64,000 nucleotides of DNA from Candidatus Thorarchaeota archaeon. Lineage in GTDB: Archaea; Asgardarchaeota; Thorarchaeia; Thorarchaeales; Thorarchaeaceae. The stretch spans positions 1 to 64,000 of the forward strand of contig PRDH01000047.1 of assembly GCA_003345545.1 (NCBI GenBank), read 5' to 3'. Below are positions 39,755-49,222 of this stretch, piece by piece. The notes under the pieces were generated by a model. The model did not search any database. It worked only from the letters and a program-made list of their open reading frames with translations, and had not been told where the DNA came from. The position numbers and the translations under genes were made by a program. How positions within the stretch are numbered: position 1 is the stretch's first letter; each line of letters begins with the position of its first letter.

Positions 39755-41332
39755 ATGAAGGATATGGAAACAAGAATCACGAGCGCAACAGTATTCCGCG
39801 ATGGCGCCAGAATAACAAGAATCGGTAAGACTGAACTGACCAGGGGAGAGCAAATCGTGCGAGTCGGGGGGATTACCGAGTATGCACTGCAAGACAGCTT
39901 CCGAGTAAGAGGTCATGGCAAAGCCATTCTCCGAGGCATTGACGTAAAGAAGACGACTCAGACCTATGAACCACAGAGTGACATCAAGGAAGACCTGATG
40001 AAACTGAAAAATCTTGAGAAAGAGAAGAGAGGCATTCAGGACCAGGTCGAACTTCAGAAAGCCAGAATCAGTCATCTTACGACGATGATGGCCCAATTCA
40101 GTTCCGAGTTCGGCAAGTGGTTCAGCGTGGGTGAAACGGGGATGGACCATCTGACCAAGATGGATAAAATGAATCAGGATCTGGTTTCAGACGCCAAAAA
40201 GAACCTCCGCACACTATCCACTGAACTCGAACGAATCGATGCTGAAATAGCTGCTCTTCGGAATAATATCCAACGGATTCAGGGCGAGAGACGGACTCAG
40301 ACATTCACTGAGGTTTATGTGACTCTTGATGTAAAGGAGAGCACGCCCCTTGAACTCGAGGTGATCTACCAACTATCAGTTGCGAGTTGGTACTCCACAT
40401 ATGACGTAGACATTGGACAGGGCGAGGCATCTCTGAAGCGCATCGCCATGGTATACAACAACACCATGGAGAACTGGGAAGACATCGATCTAATTGTATC
40501 AACAGCCTCTGCACGACCAGTCGAGGCAGTGAAACCCCAACCATACTACGTCGACGTATATCGACCAGCTCCACAGGGAGTTGCGTATGCTAGCGGAGGT
40601 CGCTATGCAGAGGCAGCACCAGCGATGGCGATGGACTCTGAGAAACTCATGGAAAAAGAGGAAGCAGAGCCCATGCCAGAGATGGTTGAAGAGTATGCTG
40701 AGGCGTCTGAGAGCCTGAGTGGAATCACAACATACGATGTGCCTGGCAAGGTCACAATTGAAGCCAATAGAGACCCGCAGCCGATCACACTGACATTGGA
40801 CAACTTTGAGTCAAAGAGGCTTCATTATTGGAATGCTTCAGCAATGACCGAGGTTGTTGCTCAAGATGAGATTACTAATGGAGACCTCGTGATACTCCCA
40901 GGAAATGTGAAAGTGTACGCAGATGGCGATTTCATAGGCGAAACAGGCATCAGTACCATTGCTCCTCGTGAGAAATTCAGATTGGGAACAAGAGCTGCCT
41001 ATGATATGAAGGCCGAGAAGAAACTCAAGGAGAAAGACACAGAGAAGGCCGGACTGACCCGGGGCAAACAGAAGAGGGGCTACAAGTATCTCCTCGAATT
41101 GAAGAACTTCTCGAAGAGTGAAATCGAGATACGTATTGTAGATCGAATTCCATATAGCACGTCAGAGAAGATCATCATTCAGATGAGCCAACCGACGTTG
41201 GCGTACAAGACCTTGGAACTTGGGATTGTTACCTGGGAAACCAAGCTCGAGAGCGGCAAGGAACTTAAGATTGAATACGGTTTTGAGGTCGAATGGGAGA
41301 AGGACCTCATTGTGAGACCCCCACTTCCGTGA
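39755..41332 (+). CDS. DUF4140/DUF4139 (MuiA-like) protein, copy 2
   Basis: Full-length paralogue of the preceding gene; both end PPLP. Confidence 0.9.
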   Translation: MKDMETRITSATVFRDGARITRIGKTELTRGEQIVRVGGITEYALQDSFRVRGHGKAILRGIDVKKTTQTYEPQSDIKEDLMKLKNLEKEKRGIQDQVELQKARISHLTTMMAQFSSEFGKWFSVGETGMDHLTKMDKMNQDLVSDAKKNLRTLSTELERIDAEIAALRNNIQRIQGERRTQTFTEVYVTLDVKESTPLELEVIYQLSVASWYSTYDVDIGQGEASLKRIAMVYNNTMENWEDIDLIVSTASARPVEAVKPQPYYVDVYRPAPQGVAYASGGRYAEAAPAMAMDSEKLMEKEEAEPMPEMVEEYAEASESLSGITTYDVPGKVTIEANRDPQPITLTLDNFESKRLHYWNASAMTEVVAQDEITNGDLVILPGNVKVYADGDFIGETGISTIAPREKFRLGTRAAYDMKAEKKLKEKDTEKAGLTRGKQKRGYKYLLELKNFSKSEIEIRIVDRIPYSTSEKIIIQMSQPTLAYKTLELGIVTWETKLESGKELKIEYGFEVEWEKDLIVRPPLP

Positions 41333-41360
41333 ATGCTCTGAGTAGGCCGAGCGCAATCTC

Positions 41361-42701
41361 TTACCAGCGGCTCATCTCATCAATGATAGCTACTATTCTA
41401 TGCTGCGCCCTGCGAAAGTTCTCTAGCGAAATGCTCTCATTAGGTGAGTGCGCGTTTCCGAGATGGTCACTACAACCCACAGATACCATTGGAACGTACC
41501 TGTTGAATAGATAGAGCGGGCCAGAACCAGGGCTTGTAGGATGGATGATGAGATCACCGAAGACTCGTCTGTTAGCAGCCTTAACGATCTTGACGAACGG
41601 ATGGCTTATGGGAGTCTTCGCCGGTGGATAGCCCTCGATATAGCCAATCTTGATATCGTTGAAACCATGGCTATCAAGATGCCTGCGGAGTTTCCTATGA
41701 ATTTCGTCTGGGTGCATGCCCTCTATTAGACGGAAATCGATCTTCACAGAGGCCTTCGCAGGAAGGACCGTCATCGATCCTCTTCCCTGGTACCCACTAG
41801 TGATTCCGCAGATGTTGCATGTTGGGGCTCCATAGTATGCCTTCTTGAGCTCCATACCACTGAGTCCATTCAGGTACTCATCTACAGCATATATCTCTTT
41901 GAAGTCAGCCTCGTGAAGATCAATCTTCTCAATAGCCTTAATCTCAGCCTTCGTCAATGGTTTCATACCATCATAGAATCCGTCGATCAATATCCTGCTA
42001 TTCCCGTCTCTGAGCGTACTGAGCGCCCATACAAGTCGATAGGCTGCAGATGGCAGAATGCAGGCAAGGCTCGAATGAACATTCTTGGATAGTCGCTCAA
42101 CTTCCAGCTCTACATAGTAGATGCCCTTGAGGCCTAACCATGCTTCCTGTATCCCATCAATATCTGCCCCACCAAACTCCCAAATCCCTCCATCTGCAGT
42201 GATGAAGTCCTTGTTCTTCTTGGTATACTCGGGAAGATGTGGACTGCCTATTTCCTCTTCACCTTCGATTACAAACTTGATGTTCACTGGAAGATCTGTA
42301 CCAGTTTCTTTGAATGCCTTGATGACCTGAATTCGCGATGTTGTGTCGCCCTTGTTATCAGCCACGCCTCGTCCCCATAGACGGCCTTCTCTTACCTCTG
42401 GCTCGAAAGGCGGCGAAGCCCATAAGTCCATTGGCTCGGCAGGTTGAACATCGTAGTGGTCATAGAACAAGAGCGTTCGCTTAGCGCCCACATCCAGCCA
42501 ACCTGTCACGACAGGAGCACCACTCGTTGGATGGATTTGGGTTTCCAGTCCCGCATCCCGAAGCATTCTCTCAACCAACTCCGAGGTCTCTGGTATCCCC
42601 TCGCCCTTGGCAGCGACTGTTGGTATCTCTACAAGTTTCTTCAGAGCATCAACAGAACTATGAAGGTCATCATCGATAGACCGGCTGACTTCTTCATACA
42701 T
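41361..42701 (-). CDS. M20 family metallopeptidase/dipeptidase (ArgE/DapE-like)
   Basis: YDHYDVQP, GRGVADNKG, EGEEEIGS, HSPNE. Confidence 0.93.
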   Translation of the reverse strand: MYEEVSRSIDDDLHSSVDALKKLVEIPTVAAKGEGIPETSELVERMLRDAGLETQIHPTSGAPVVTGWLDVGAKRTLLFYDHYDVQPAEPMDLWASPPFEPEVREGRLWGRGVADNKGDTTSRIQVIKAFKETGTDLPVNIKFVIEGEEEIGSPHLPEYTKKNKDFITADGGIWEFGGADIDGIQEAWLGLKGIYYVELEVERLSKNVHSSLACILPSAAYRLVWALSTLRDGNSRILIDGFYDGMKPLTKAEIKAIEKIDLHEADFKEIYAVDEYLNGLSGMELKKAYYGAPTCNICGITSGYQGRGSMTVLPAKASVKIDFRLIEGMHPDEIHRKLRRHLDSHGFNDIKIGYIEGYPPAKTPISHPFVKIVKAANRRVFGDLIIHPTSPGSGPLYLFNRYVPMVSVGCSDHLGNAHSPNESISLENFRRAQHRIVAIIDEMSRW

Positions 42702-42769
42702 ATATCACACCGGCCATCACTCAATCAACGCGGGTGATATATCCTCTCCTTTAGGCGAAGAGGAGAAGT

Positions 42770-42950
42770 GAAGGGCGAACAGCGAAGGAGAATGGTCTTG
42801 CTCGACAGAATCCCGACATCAAATGATTTTCCAGCTGGTCATGGTTTCAAGCCAAGATGCCAAGAAAGCGGAAACATGTGCAAAACAGATGAGTCCCAAC
42901 TGGCTGAGGTGTTCGATGGACATTAAGCAGCCTGCCGGACATGGAGATGA
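42770..42950 (+). pseudogene. Decayed 3' end of a DppF-type ATPase gene
   Basis: RRRMVLLDRIPTSNDFPAGHGFKPRCQESGNMCKTDESQLAEVFDGH*AAC versus Dpp[49 protein letters not shown]; in-frame TAA at 42924. Confidence 0.75.
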
Positions 42951-42952
42951 AG

Positions 42953-42989
42953 CTCTGGAGGCCACCCAACTCCGGGGCATCCTCCAGAG
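42953..42989. terminator. Hairpin downstream of the small Cys-rich gene
   Basis: CTCTGGAGG...CCTCCAGAG, 9-bp stem. Confidence 0.45.
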
Positions 42990-43012
42990 GAACTGCTTCT
43001 GAACGAGATTCA

Positions 43013-43165
43013 CTAGAGATCTACTGGTCGGCAGAGGTAGTCTTTGCTGTTAGCTGCTCGCCCGCAGACTTCACAGATGTACTTTGGATTCTTTACTCGT
43101 TCTCGCATCTTTGCCACGTTATTGTGCTTTGCGAACTCACACATGTGTTCTTTATGTTCACTCAA
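43013..43165 (-). CDS. Small Cys-rich putative metal-binding protein (50 aa, absent from the ORF track)
   Basis: TTG start after GGAGGT; MSEHKEHMCEFAKHNNVAKMRERVKNPKYICEVCGRAANSKDYLCRPVDL. Confidence 0.85.
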   Translation of the reverse strand: MSEHKEHMCEFAKHNNVAKMRERVKNPKYICEVCGRAANSKDYLCRPVDL

Positions 43166-43398
43166 CTCTAATACCTCCATGAGTGTCCAAAGGGGGATTG
43201 AGGTCTTTAATAAGGATTAGGACTCGCTCAAGCATCATAGAACCCATGTCTGTGTTTCTAGCTGTTTTGAAGACATGAAGAAGCACCAACATGCAACGGA
43301 TGAAATCAGCTCGAGAGACAGAAACGTTCTATGAGCAAAGATATATCAAAGAGCAGTTTCTCAATTCTACGCAGTCACACAGGAGAGTTGGCTTAATC

Positions 43399-44403
43399 AT
43401 GACAGTTCGTGTAGCAATTAATGGATTTGGAAGGATAGGTCGCGGTTTTCTTCGCGCGGTCCTAACGAAGAAAGGGTTCGATATTGTGGCAACAAATGAT
43501 CTCACTACTGAATCAACCCTTGCTCACTTGATGAAATATGATACAGTGATGGGGCGTTTCGACGGTACCGTTGAGGCAGGTAAGGGTTCAATCACAGTCA
43601 ATGGTGATGAAATCAAGGTACTCTCTGAGAAAGACCCCGCGAAGCTTCCATGGAAGGAACTCGATATTGACATCGTCATTGAGTCGACCGGGCTCTTCAC
43701 CAAACGGGAAGATGCTGAGAAGCACATTACGGCGGGTGCAAAGAAGGTTATTGTGAGTGCACCCGGCAAGGGAGAGATGCTTACAATCGTGCCAGGAGTT
43801 AACGAGCATGACTATGATCCTGCAAAACACAACGTTATATCCAATGCATCCTGCACAACCAACTGTTTGGCTCCAATGGTCAAGGTCGTCGATGAGGCCT
43901 TCGGGATCGTGCAAGGTTTCATGACCACAGTCCACGCAGTGACGAATGACCAGGTCATGTTGGATGGGCCTCATAAAGATCTTAGAAGAGCAAGAGCTGC
44001 CTGCTGGAATATAGTTCCGACTAGCACCGGAGCTGCAAAAGCGATTGGTCTTGTCTATCCTAAGGCTGCAGGAAAGCTCAACGGAATAGCTCTCCGGGTT
44101 CCTGTGATGGATGCATCCATCGTTGATTTGAACGTCGTTGTGGAGAAACCTGTGGACATTGATACTGTCAATGGTGCGTTCAAGAAGGCATCGAAGCAGG
44201 GCAGTCTTGCTCCGTACTTGGCTTATGTCGACGAACCACTCGTTTCGTCAGACTTCATCAATGACCCTCATTCATGTTCATTCGACTCGTTGCTCACGAT
44301 GACTCAGGGCAACATGATTAAGGTTCTCGGATGGTATGATAACGAAGCGGGCTACAGTCACCGACTTGCCGATCTTGCCCACGTGATTGGCAAGAAGATG
44401 TAG
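43399..44403 (+). CDS. gap: Glyceraldehyde-3-phosphate dehydrogenase, class I (bacterial/eukaryotic type)
   Basis: VAINGFGRIGR, SNASCTTNCLAP, WYDNEAGY; ATG 43399 follows AGGAG. Confidence 0.97.
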   Translation: MTVRVAINGFGRIGRGFLRAVLTKKGFDIVATNDLTTESTLAHLMKYDTVMGRFDGTVEAGKGSITVNGDEIKVLSEKDPAKLPWKELDIDIVIESTGLFTKREDAEKHITAGAKKVIVSAPGKGEMLTIVPGVNEHDYDPAKHNVISNASCTTNCLAPMVKVVDEAFGIVQGFMTTVHAVTNDQVMLDGPHKDLRRARAACWNIVPTSTGAAKAIGLVYPKAAGKLNGIALRVPVMDASIVDLNVVVEKPVDIDTVNGAFKKASKQGSLAPYLAYVDEPLVSSDFINDPHSCSFDSLLTMTQGNMIKVLGWYDNEAGYSHRLADLAHVIGKKM

Positions 44404-44409
44404 AACCCA

Positions 44410-45462
44410 GTGAATAGGACCCCTCGAGAGAAGAGGGGTCATCTCTTGCTGTTATCCACAGAGAGTAGCGTGATGATTCGTCCCATGGAACCAATCAGCA
44501 GTATCGACACCTCAAGCAATCAGCTCTACTTCAGGGGACTGAATGCTGTCAGACTGGCAAAAGAGCAGGATTACGAATCGGTGTTGTTTCTTCTAGTCCA
44601 TGGACAACTTCCAACAGCAAGGCAACACGACTCAGAAAGACAACGACTAATCGAGCTGAGAGCCCTCTACAGCTCGAACATGAATTCGATTGAAAATCTG
44701 GTGAGGGCCCTCCAGTCAATACGTGACGAGGATGACCTCCAATCAGAGGACCTACTTCTTGCGTTTGTCGCACTCGCCCCTCTCGCTCTCAGCAGTCAAT
44801 TAGCTGGACCGAAAAGCAGGAGAATGAACACCCAGAATGAAAAACTGGGACACGCTGCAAACTTGCTATGGATGATTAGCGGCGAGATGCCATCAGAGGA
44901 AGATATCAAGGAGTTCGATACGTGCTTGATTCTCCATATGGATGACCCTGACAATCCCTCGCTCACAGCCCTCTTTACCTCACTCATCTCAGGAGCTTCT
45001 GTTACCACCGCACTTGAATCAGCACTCTCAGAGCATGTCAGACCAAGCCATCACGGAGCAGGTCTCGAAACAATGAGAATGATTCTCGCTATCGGCAAGA
45101 AGGACAACGCCTCGGACTATCTCAGAACGCGATTGAACTCGGGTCAGAAGATATCCGGCCTTGGTCATAGAATATACCGAGGAGTTGATCCTCGTGCTGT
45201 TGTACTTCGTGAGATCTTAGGTCGAAGAACAAAAGGAACCGAGGAAGAGGAGCTCTTCAGAATAGCAGAAGAAGTGGCAGACCAAGGTAGCTCTCTTCTT
45301 CATGAGTACAAAGGAATCGACGCCTATCCCAATGTTGATCTGTATAATGCATTGACCTACTTCACTTTCGGGTTTCCACCAGAATTGAACACAGAGCTGT
45401 TCGCAGTATCAAGAGCAGCGGGTTGGATGGCACACATCCTAGAGTGGAAGCAACACCCGTAG
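44410..45462 (+). CDS. Divergent citrate synthase-family protein
   Basis: GLGHRIYRGVDPR, YPNVDLY, FAVSRAAGWMAH; start possibly GTG 44470. Confidence 0.82.
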   Translation: MNRTPREKRGHLLLLSTESSVMIRPMEPISSIDTSSNQLYFRGLNAVRLAKEQDYESVLFLLVHGQLPTARQHDSERQRLIELRALYSSNMNSIENLVRALQSIRDEDDLQSEDLLLAFVALAPLALSSQLAGPKSRRMNTQNEKLGHAANLLWMISGEMPSEEDIKEFDTCLILHMDDPDNPSLTALFTSLISGASVTTALESALSEHVRPSHHGAGLETMRMILAIGKKDNASDYLRTRLNSGQKISGLGHRIYRGVDPRAVVLREILGRRTKGTEEEELFRIAEEVADQGSSLLHEYKGIDAYPNVDLYNALTYFTFGFPPELNTELFAVSRAAGWMAHILEWKQHP

Positions 45463-45620
45463 TCAAGGACAACAACACTTTTCATCCACGGCATTGAGAA
45501 TACGTGAATGAAGGTTATCTTGTGAGAGCTACTATCAATGCCACAATTCAGTATTCAGAGAATGAACACATCAAGGTTGGAATTGGCTCATCTGACGAAT
45601 TGAGTAGGAAGTGACGATGG

Positions 45621-45980
45621 TTGAGAAAGGGGTCTTTGGCAGTTGGAATTGTGATGTTAGCAATAGGAGGCTATTCATTCACTATGTCTATGCTCATGAT
45701 CACTAATATGACACTCCCCTTCGATTGGATCATATGGGCTGTTTTCCTCGCAATTGGTATTATCCTTGTTTCTCTTGGTCCAAGCATTATAGCTTGGTCC
45801 TTCGTCAGCAAGCATCAGGCAGCTAACGAACTGGCGCAATGGCAGGTTGTCCAGCTTCCAAGAATATGCCCCGAATGCAACCATAGCCTTGAGATTCATA
45901 GCTTGGAATGGATAGGGCCTGAGGAAGCCCGATGCCCATTTTGTTCGAGTCAAGTCCAAATCCGCAAGAGTGTTGTTTAG
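45621..45980 (+). CDS. Two-TM protein with C-terminal Zn ribbon
   Basis: Two hydrophobic helices, then CPEC...CPFC. Confidence 0.8.
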   Translation: MRKGSLAVGIVMLAIGGYSFTMSMLMITNMTLPFDWIIWAVFLAIGIILVSLGPSIIAWSFVSKHQAANELAQWQVVQLPRICPECNHSLEIHSLEWIGPEEARCPFCSSQVQIRKSVV

Positions 45981-45985
45981 GTTCA

Positions 45986-46903
45986 TCAAAACTGCCAATC
46001 CTTGATTGCGTCAACCACCGACTGGCGTTCTGAATCACTCAACCTGTGAATCGGAGGACGACAGAGTCCGCCAACAAGTCCAACGTGGTCCATTGCAGCC
46101 TTCACGACTGGCACATTGTTTGCAGTTCCATGTCCTTCGCGCAAGAACTCGAGATCGCTTATCTTCTCTTGTATGGCCATTGCAGTTTGGTAGTCACCCT
46201 TGCTCAGGGCTACATACATTTGCTTCGTTATCCTAGGTGCGAAATTCCCCAGTCCACTTGTGAATGCTCTCGCACCTGCCAACCAGAAAAATGGGGCAAA
46301 ACGTTCAGCCGTGCCGCATGACCAGACTACCTTGTGTCCCAGTTTTTGAACTGACTGAGAGAAGTCCACAATGCGGCCGAATGCATATTTCACACCAACA
46401 AGATTCTCGTATTCAAACAGCTTTGCCAATACAGCATCCGAGAGTAGTGGTCCCTTCTTGTAGAGGACGACGTTCATCTTCCCGGAGGCATCAAGAAGGG
46501 CTCTATAGTAGGCAAGCACTCCTTCTTCTGACGCAAACACGTGCTGAGGATACATAACCATGACAGCGGAAATCCCGAGGTCTCTTGCCTTCTCTATCTG
46601 GGAGATAGCAGTCTTGGTTGAATGACCAATACCCGACATCACAGCTATCTTGTCTCCTGAGGCCTCAACTGCGGCCCTCAAGACCTCAAACCACTCAGTC
46701 TCTGAGAGTGAATAGAACTCTCCTGTGTTGCCATTGGGAATTATCATTGGCACCCCTTGTTTAACCAAGAACTCGATGTTACTAGAGATTCCATCCGCAT
46801 CGACCTGTGATAGGTCTTTACTGAATGGAGTAACGGTAGTCACTGAGAACCCACTGAGAATCTTCTTGAATTTCTGAGAGTCCATGCTGTCACCTCGTTC
46901 CAT
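45986..46903 (-). CDS. DHDPS/NAL family lyase
   Basis: TPF, GNTGEFYSLS, catalytic Tyr (VLY) and Lys (GVKY). Confidence 0.9.
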   Translation of the reverse strand: MERGDSMDSQKFKKILSGFSVTTVTPFSKDLSQVDADGISSNIEFLVKQGVPMIIPNGNTGEFYSLSETEWFEVLRAAVEASGDKIAVMSGIGHSTKTAISQIEKARDLGISAVMVMYPQHVFASEEGVLAYYRALLDASGKMNVVLYKKGPLLSDAVLAKLFEYENLVGVKYAFGRIVDFSQSVQKLGHKVVWSCGTAERFAPFFWLAGARAFTSGLGNFAPRITKQMYVALSKGDYQTAMAIQEKISDLEFLREGHGTANNVPVVKAAMDHVGLVGGLCRPPIHRLSDSERQSVVDAIKDWQF

Positions 46904-46950
46904 GCATAACTACAAGTCTGACACATATATGCGACGTTTGAGGCCAGGTC

Positions 46951-47796
46951 CTAGGGAAATCTCATAACGAGTTGTTCCTTCTTCTCATCTGAAGCGTCAA
47001 AATCAACCACGAATTCTTTGAAGACACCGCTGCACGGATTGCCAGGAGTGACACTGATTCTGAATTCCATATCCCTCGATCCAAGTCCGGAAACCTCAGC
47101 AATATAGCTATACACTGTTTCTCCTAGATAGGGATTCGATACTTTGCCTGTTTTTCGATGTCTGCATATAGAATCGAATCCTCTGCCAGAAGCGTGAGTC
47201 CCCATGAGCTTGACAATGTCCATCGTTGAAGCTGCATCTCTCAGAAGTTGGGCTGCCTGCTGCCTGCGACTCTGACTGGTGGCAAGAGGACCTCCTGCTT
47301 CACGTTCCGCAGCTGAAGCCTTCTTGAGTATCTCAGCAGTCGGCAGCACTAGATGATGATTAGTTCTTATAATCATTGAACTGTCCCGCTCAAGGACACA
47401 CACTCCATCACCAATCTCAATCGCTCCGGCGCCCTGCGGTGATGCAAGAACGAAATTGCACCATTGATACCTTGAGCCGCTGCTCAAGTCATCTCTAACA
47501 AGGTCATATGCCTCTTCGATTGTCTTGCATTCACGAAGCACACATTCAAGGAGTGTGTCATAAGGGGGGTCATCAGTGACAAGGACAGTAGTGTTGCATG
47601 CAGAGAGACCCCATCTGTTCATACCGAAGGATGCGCCACATGGTTTTGCATCACTCACATCAACACCACGGACGAGAAGAACGTCTTTCTCAAATACGAT
47701 ACTGTCAGTGAAGTCAGTCCAAATCAGGTCGCGATTCTTAGCTAGCATATATCTATTGCCAACCAGCTTTGCTAATGCAGTACATCCTTCTGACAT
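46951..47796 (-). CDS. Ntn-hydrolase, peptidase C45-like
   Basis: GCT near the N-terminus, AKNRD, GMNRWGL, RTNH. Confidence 0.8.
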   Translation of the reverse strand: MSEGCTALAKLVGNRYMLAKNRDLIWTDFTDSIVFEKDVLLVRGVDVSDAKPCGASFGMNRWGLSACNTTVLVTDDPPYDTLLECVLRECKTIEEAYDLVRDDLSSGSRYQWCNFVLASPQGAGAIEIGDGVCVLERDSSMIIRTNHHLVLPTAEILKKASAAEREAGGPLATSQSRRQQAAQLLRDAASTMDIVKLMGTHASGRGFDSICRHRKTGKVSNPYLGETVYSYIAEVSGLGSRDMEFRISVTPGNPCSGVFKEFVVDFDASDEKKEQLVMRFP

Positions 47797-47838
47797 GGCT
47801 CAATGCATTCATTCTGTTCATTTCAACATTGCTCAGCT

Positions 47839-49065
47839 CTACTCTAATTCAGCAGTGCCAGTCGAGGTCTCGGATCCCATAGCAGGAGTGTTCTCGGTTT
47901 GACTTCTTGGTCTTTGCATCCCGAGAAGTGACACAGCCAGAAGCAAAGCGATGACATTGAATAACATATTAATGAATGAAAGAGGTTGCACAGTAAGGAA
48001 CACGTACTCAGCGAATATACCTCCAATGAGAGGGCCAATCCACCCGCCTGCATTCTGCGCGCCATAGATTAGAGACATCGCACGACCGCGTTCATCCTCT
48101 CCCGAGATATGAGCAGCTAGAGTAGTGGTCGCGGTTGCAGAGAGTGGATAGATGGGTAATGCCCACAGCAATACTGCAATGACGGGGTCTGTCACAATCC
48201 CAAATAGAAAAGCAAATGCGACGTAGGAGGCATATGCGAGGATCAGAACTTTGATAGGTCCGCTCTTGTCGACGATCTTCCCAACCTGTCCAGTAATGGC
48301 AACTGCAATCAGAGTTGCACCTGCATTTGCATAACCAACGAATGCAGTGCTGCCGCCCAGCTCATCAACAATCATGATTGCTAGGAATGCAGAAACCGTA
48401 TTCATTCCAATCTGACTGAAAGCCACTGCCGCCGTAAGTCTGCTCATTCCTCCTTTTCTCAGAAGACCTCGAAAACCTCTTCTGACAGATTTGTCGACGT
48501 CATTGAAGGCAATATCATGAATCAATGCAGCGGAACTTACTATTGCTCCCAAAGACAGAACAGCTGCCACAATGAAGAGTACTCTCATCCCAATAATATC
48601 ATAGAGTACTCCGCTAATGAATGAGCCAGAGAAATAGCCTGCAGACTGTGCCGCTACGAAATATCCAAGGCGCTCACCCTTATTGGGGGCATTAGTTGTC
48701 AAATGGGCTTGCCCCATTGGCAAGGCAGCTGAAGAAAACATGGCTCCTAACCCGGCAACAGCCATGTATTGTATAATGTCGACAACTAATGCGTAGAAGA
48801 GGAAAGTAATGGCGTATCCAGCAAAGCCAATCATCATGAACATCTTTCTTTTCTTCCAACGGTCAGACAAGGACCCCCAGACATTCGTCATGATCATTAT
48901 CACAATGGCTGGAAGCGCGAGTGCTACTGATTGTTCGAGAAATGAAGAGGTAGCGAGGTCATGCTTGATGAAGTAAGTCACGTATTGCCAGCTTATCGCT
49001 TGTGCTGTTGCTTGTAGCGCGTATGCAATATAGACTGATGCGATAGACCGGTTCAGAAATGCCAT
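47839..49065 (-). CDS. MFS transporter
   Basis: WGSLSDRWKKRK motif A, ERGRAMS; about 12 TM helices. Confidence 0.9.
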   Translation of the reverse strand: MAFLNRSIASVYIAYALQATAQAISWQYVTYFIKHDLATSSFLEQSVALALPAIVIMIMTNVWGSLSDRWKKRKMFMMIGFAGYAITFLFYALVVDIIQYMAVAGLGAMFSSAALPMGQAHLTTNAPNKGERLGYFVAAQSAGYFSGSFISGVLYDIIGMRVLFIVAAVLSLGAIVSSAALIHDIAFNDVDKSVRRGFRGLLRKGGMSRLTAAVAFSQIGMNTVSAFLAIMIVDELGGSTAFVGYANAGATLIAVAITGQVGKIVDKSGPIKVLILAYASYVAFAFLFGIVTDPVIAVLLWALPIYPLSATATTTLAAHISGEDERGRAMSLIYGAQNAGGWIGPLIGGIFAEYVFLTVQPLSFINMLFNVIALLLAVSLLGMQRPRSQTENTPAMGSETSTGTAELE

Positions 49066-49222
49066 ACAGCGGAGGCCTCGATTGTTGAGGCCATGCACCA
49101 AACTGACTCCTTATGGATGTGACGGAGGAGGAAACACAACAAGCCACAACAGTGGTTTGAGAGGCAGATGCGCAAGTAGGATGGTATATCTATCCAGACC
49201 CTCTCGTCGTCAGTGAACTCGG

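Noticed and set aside
42819-43013. Listed 64-aa minus-strand ORF
   Set aside because: It is antisense to the dppF remnant and a hairpin and has no coding features.
45500-45613. Possible decayed gap 3' end or small ORF after the citrate synthase gene
   Set aside because: Similarity is limited to IKV and is not distinguishable from chance.
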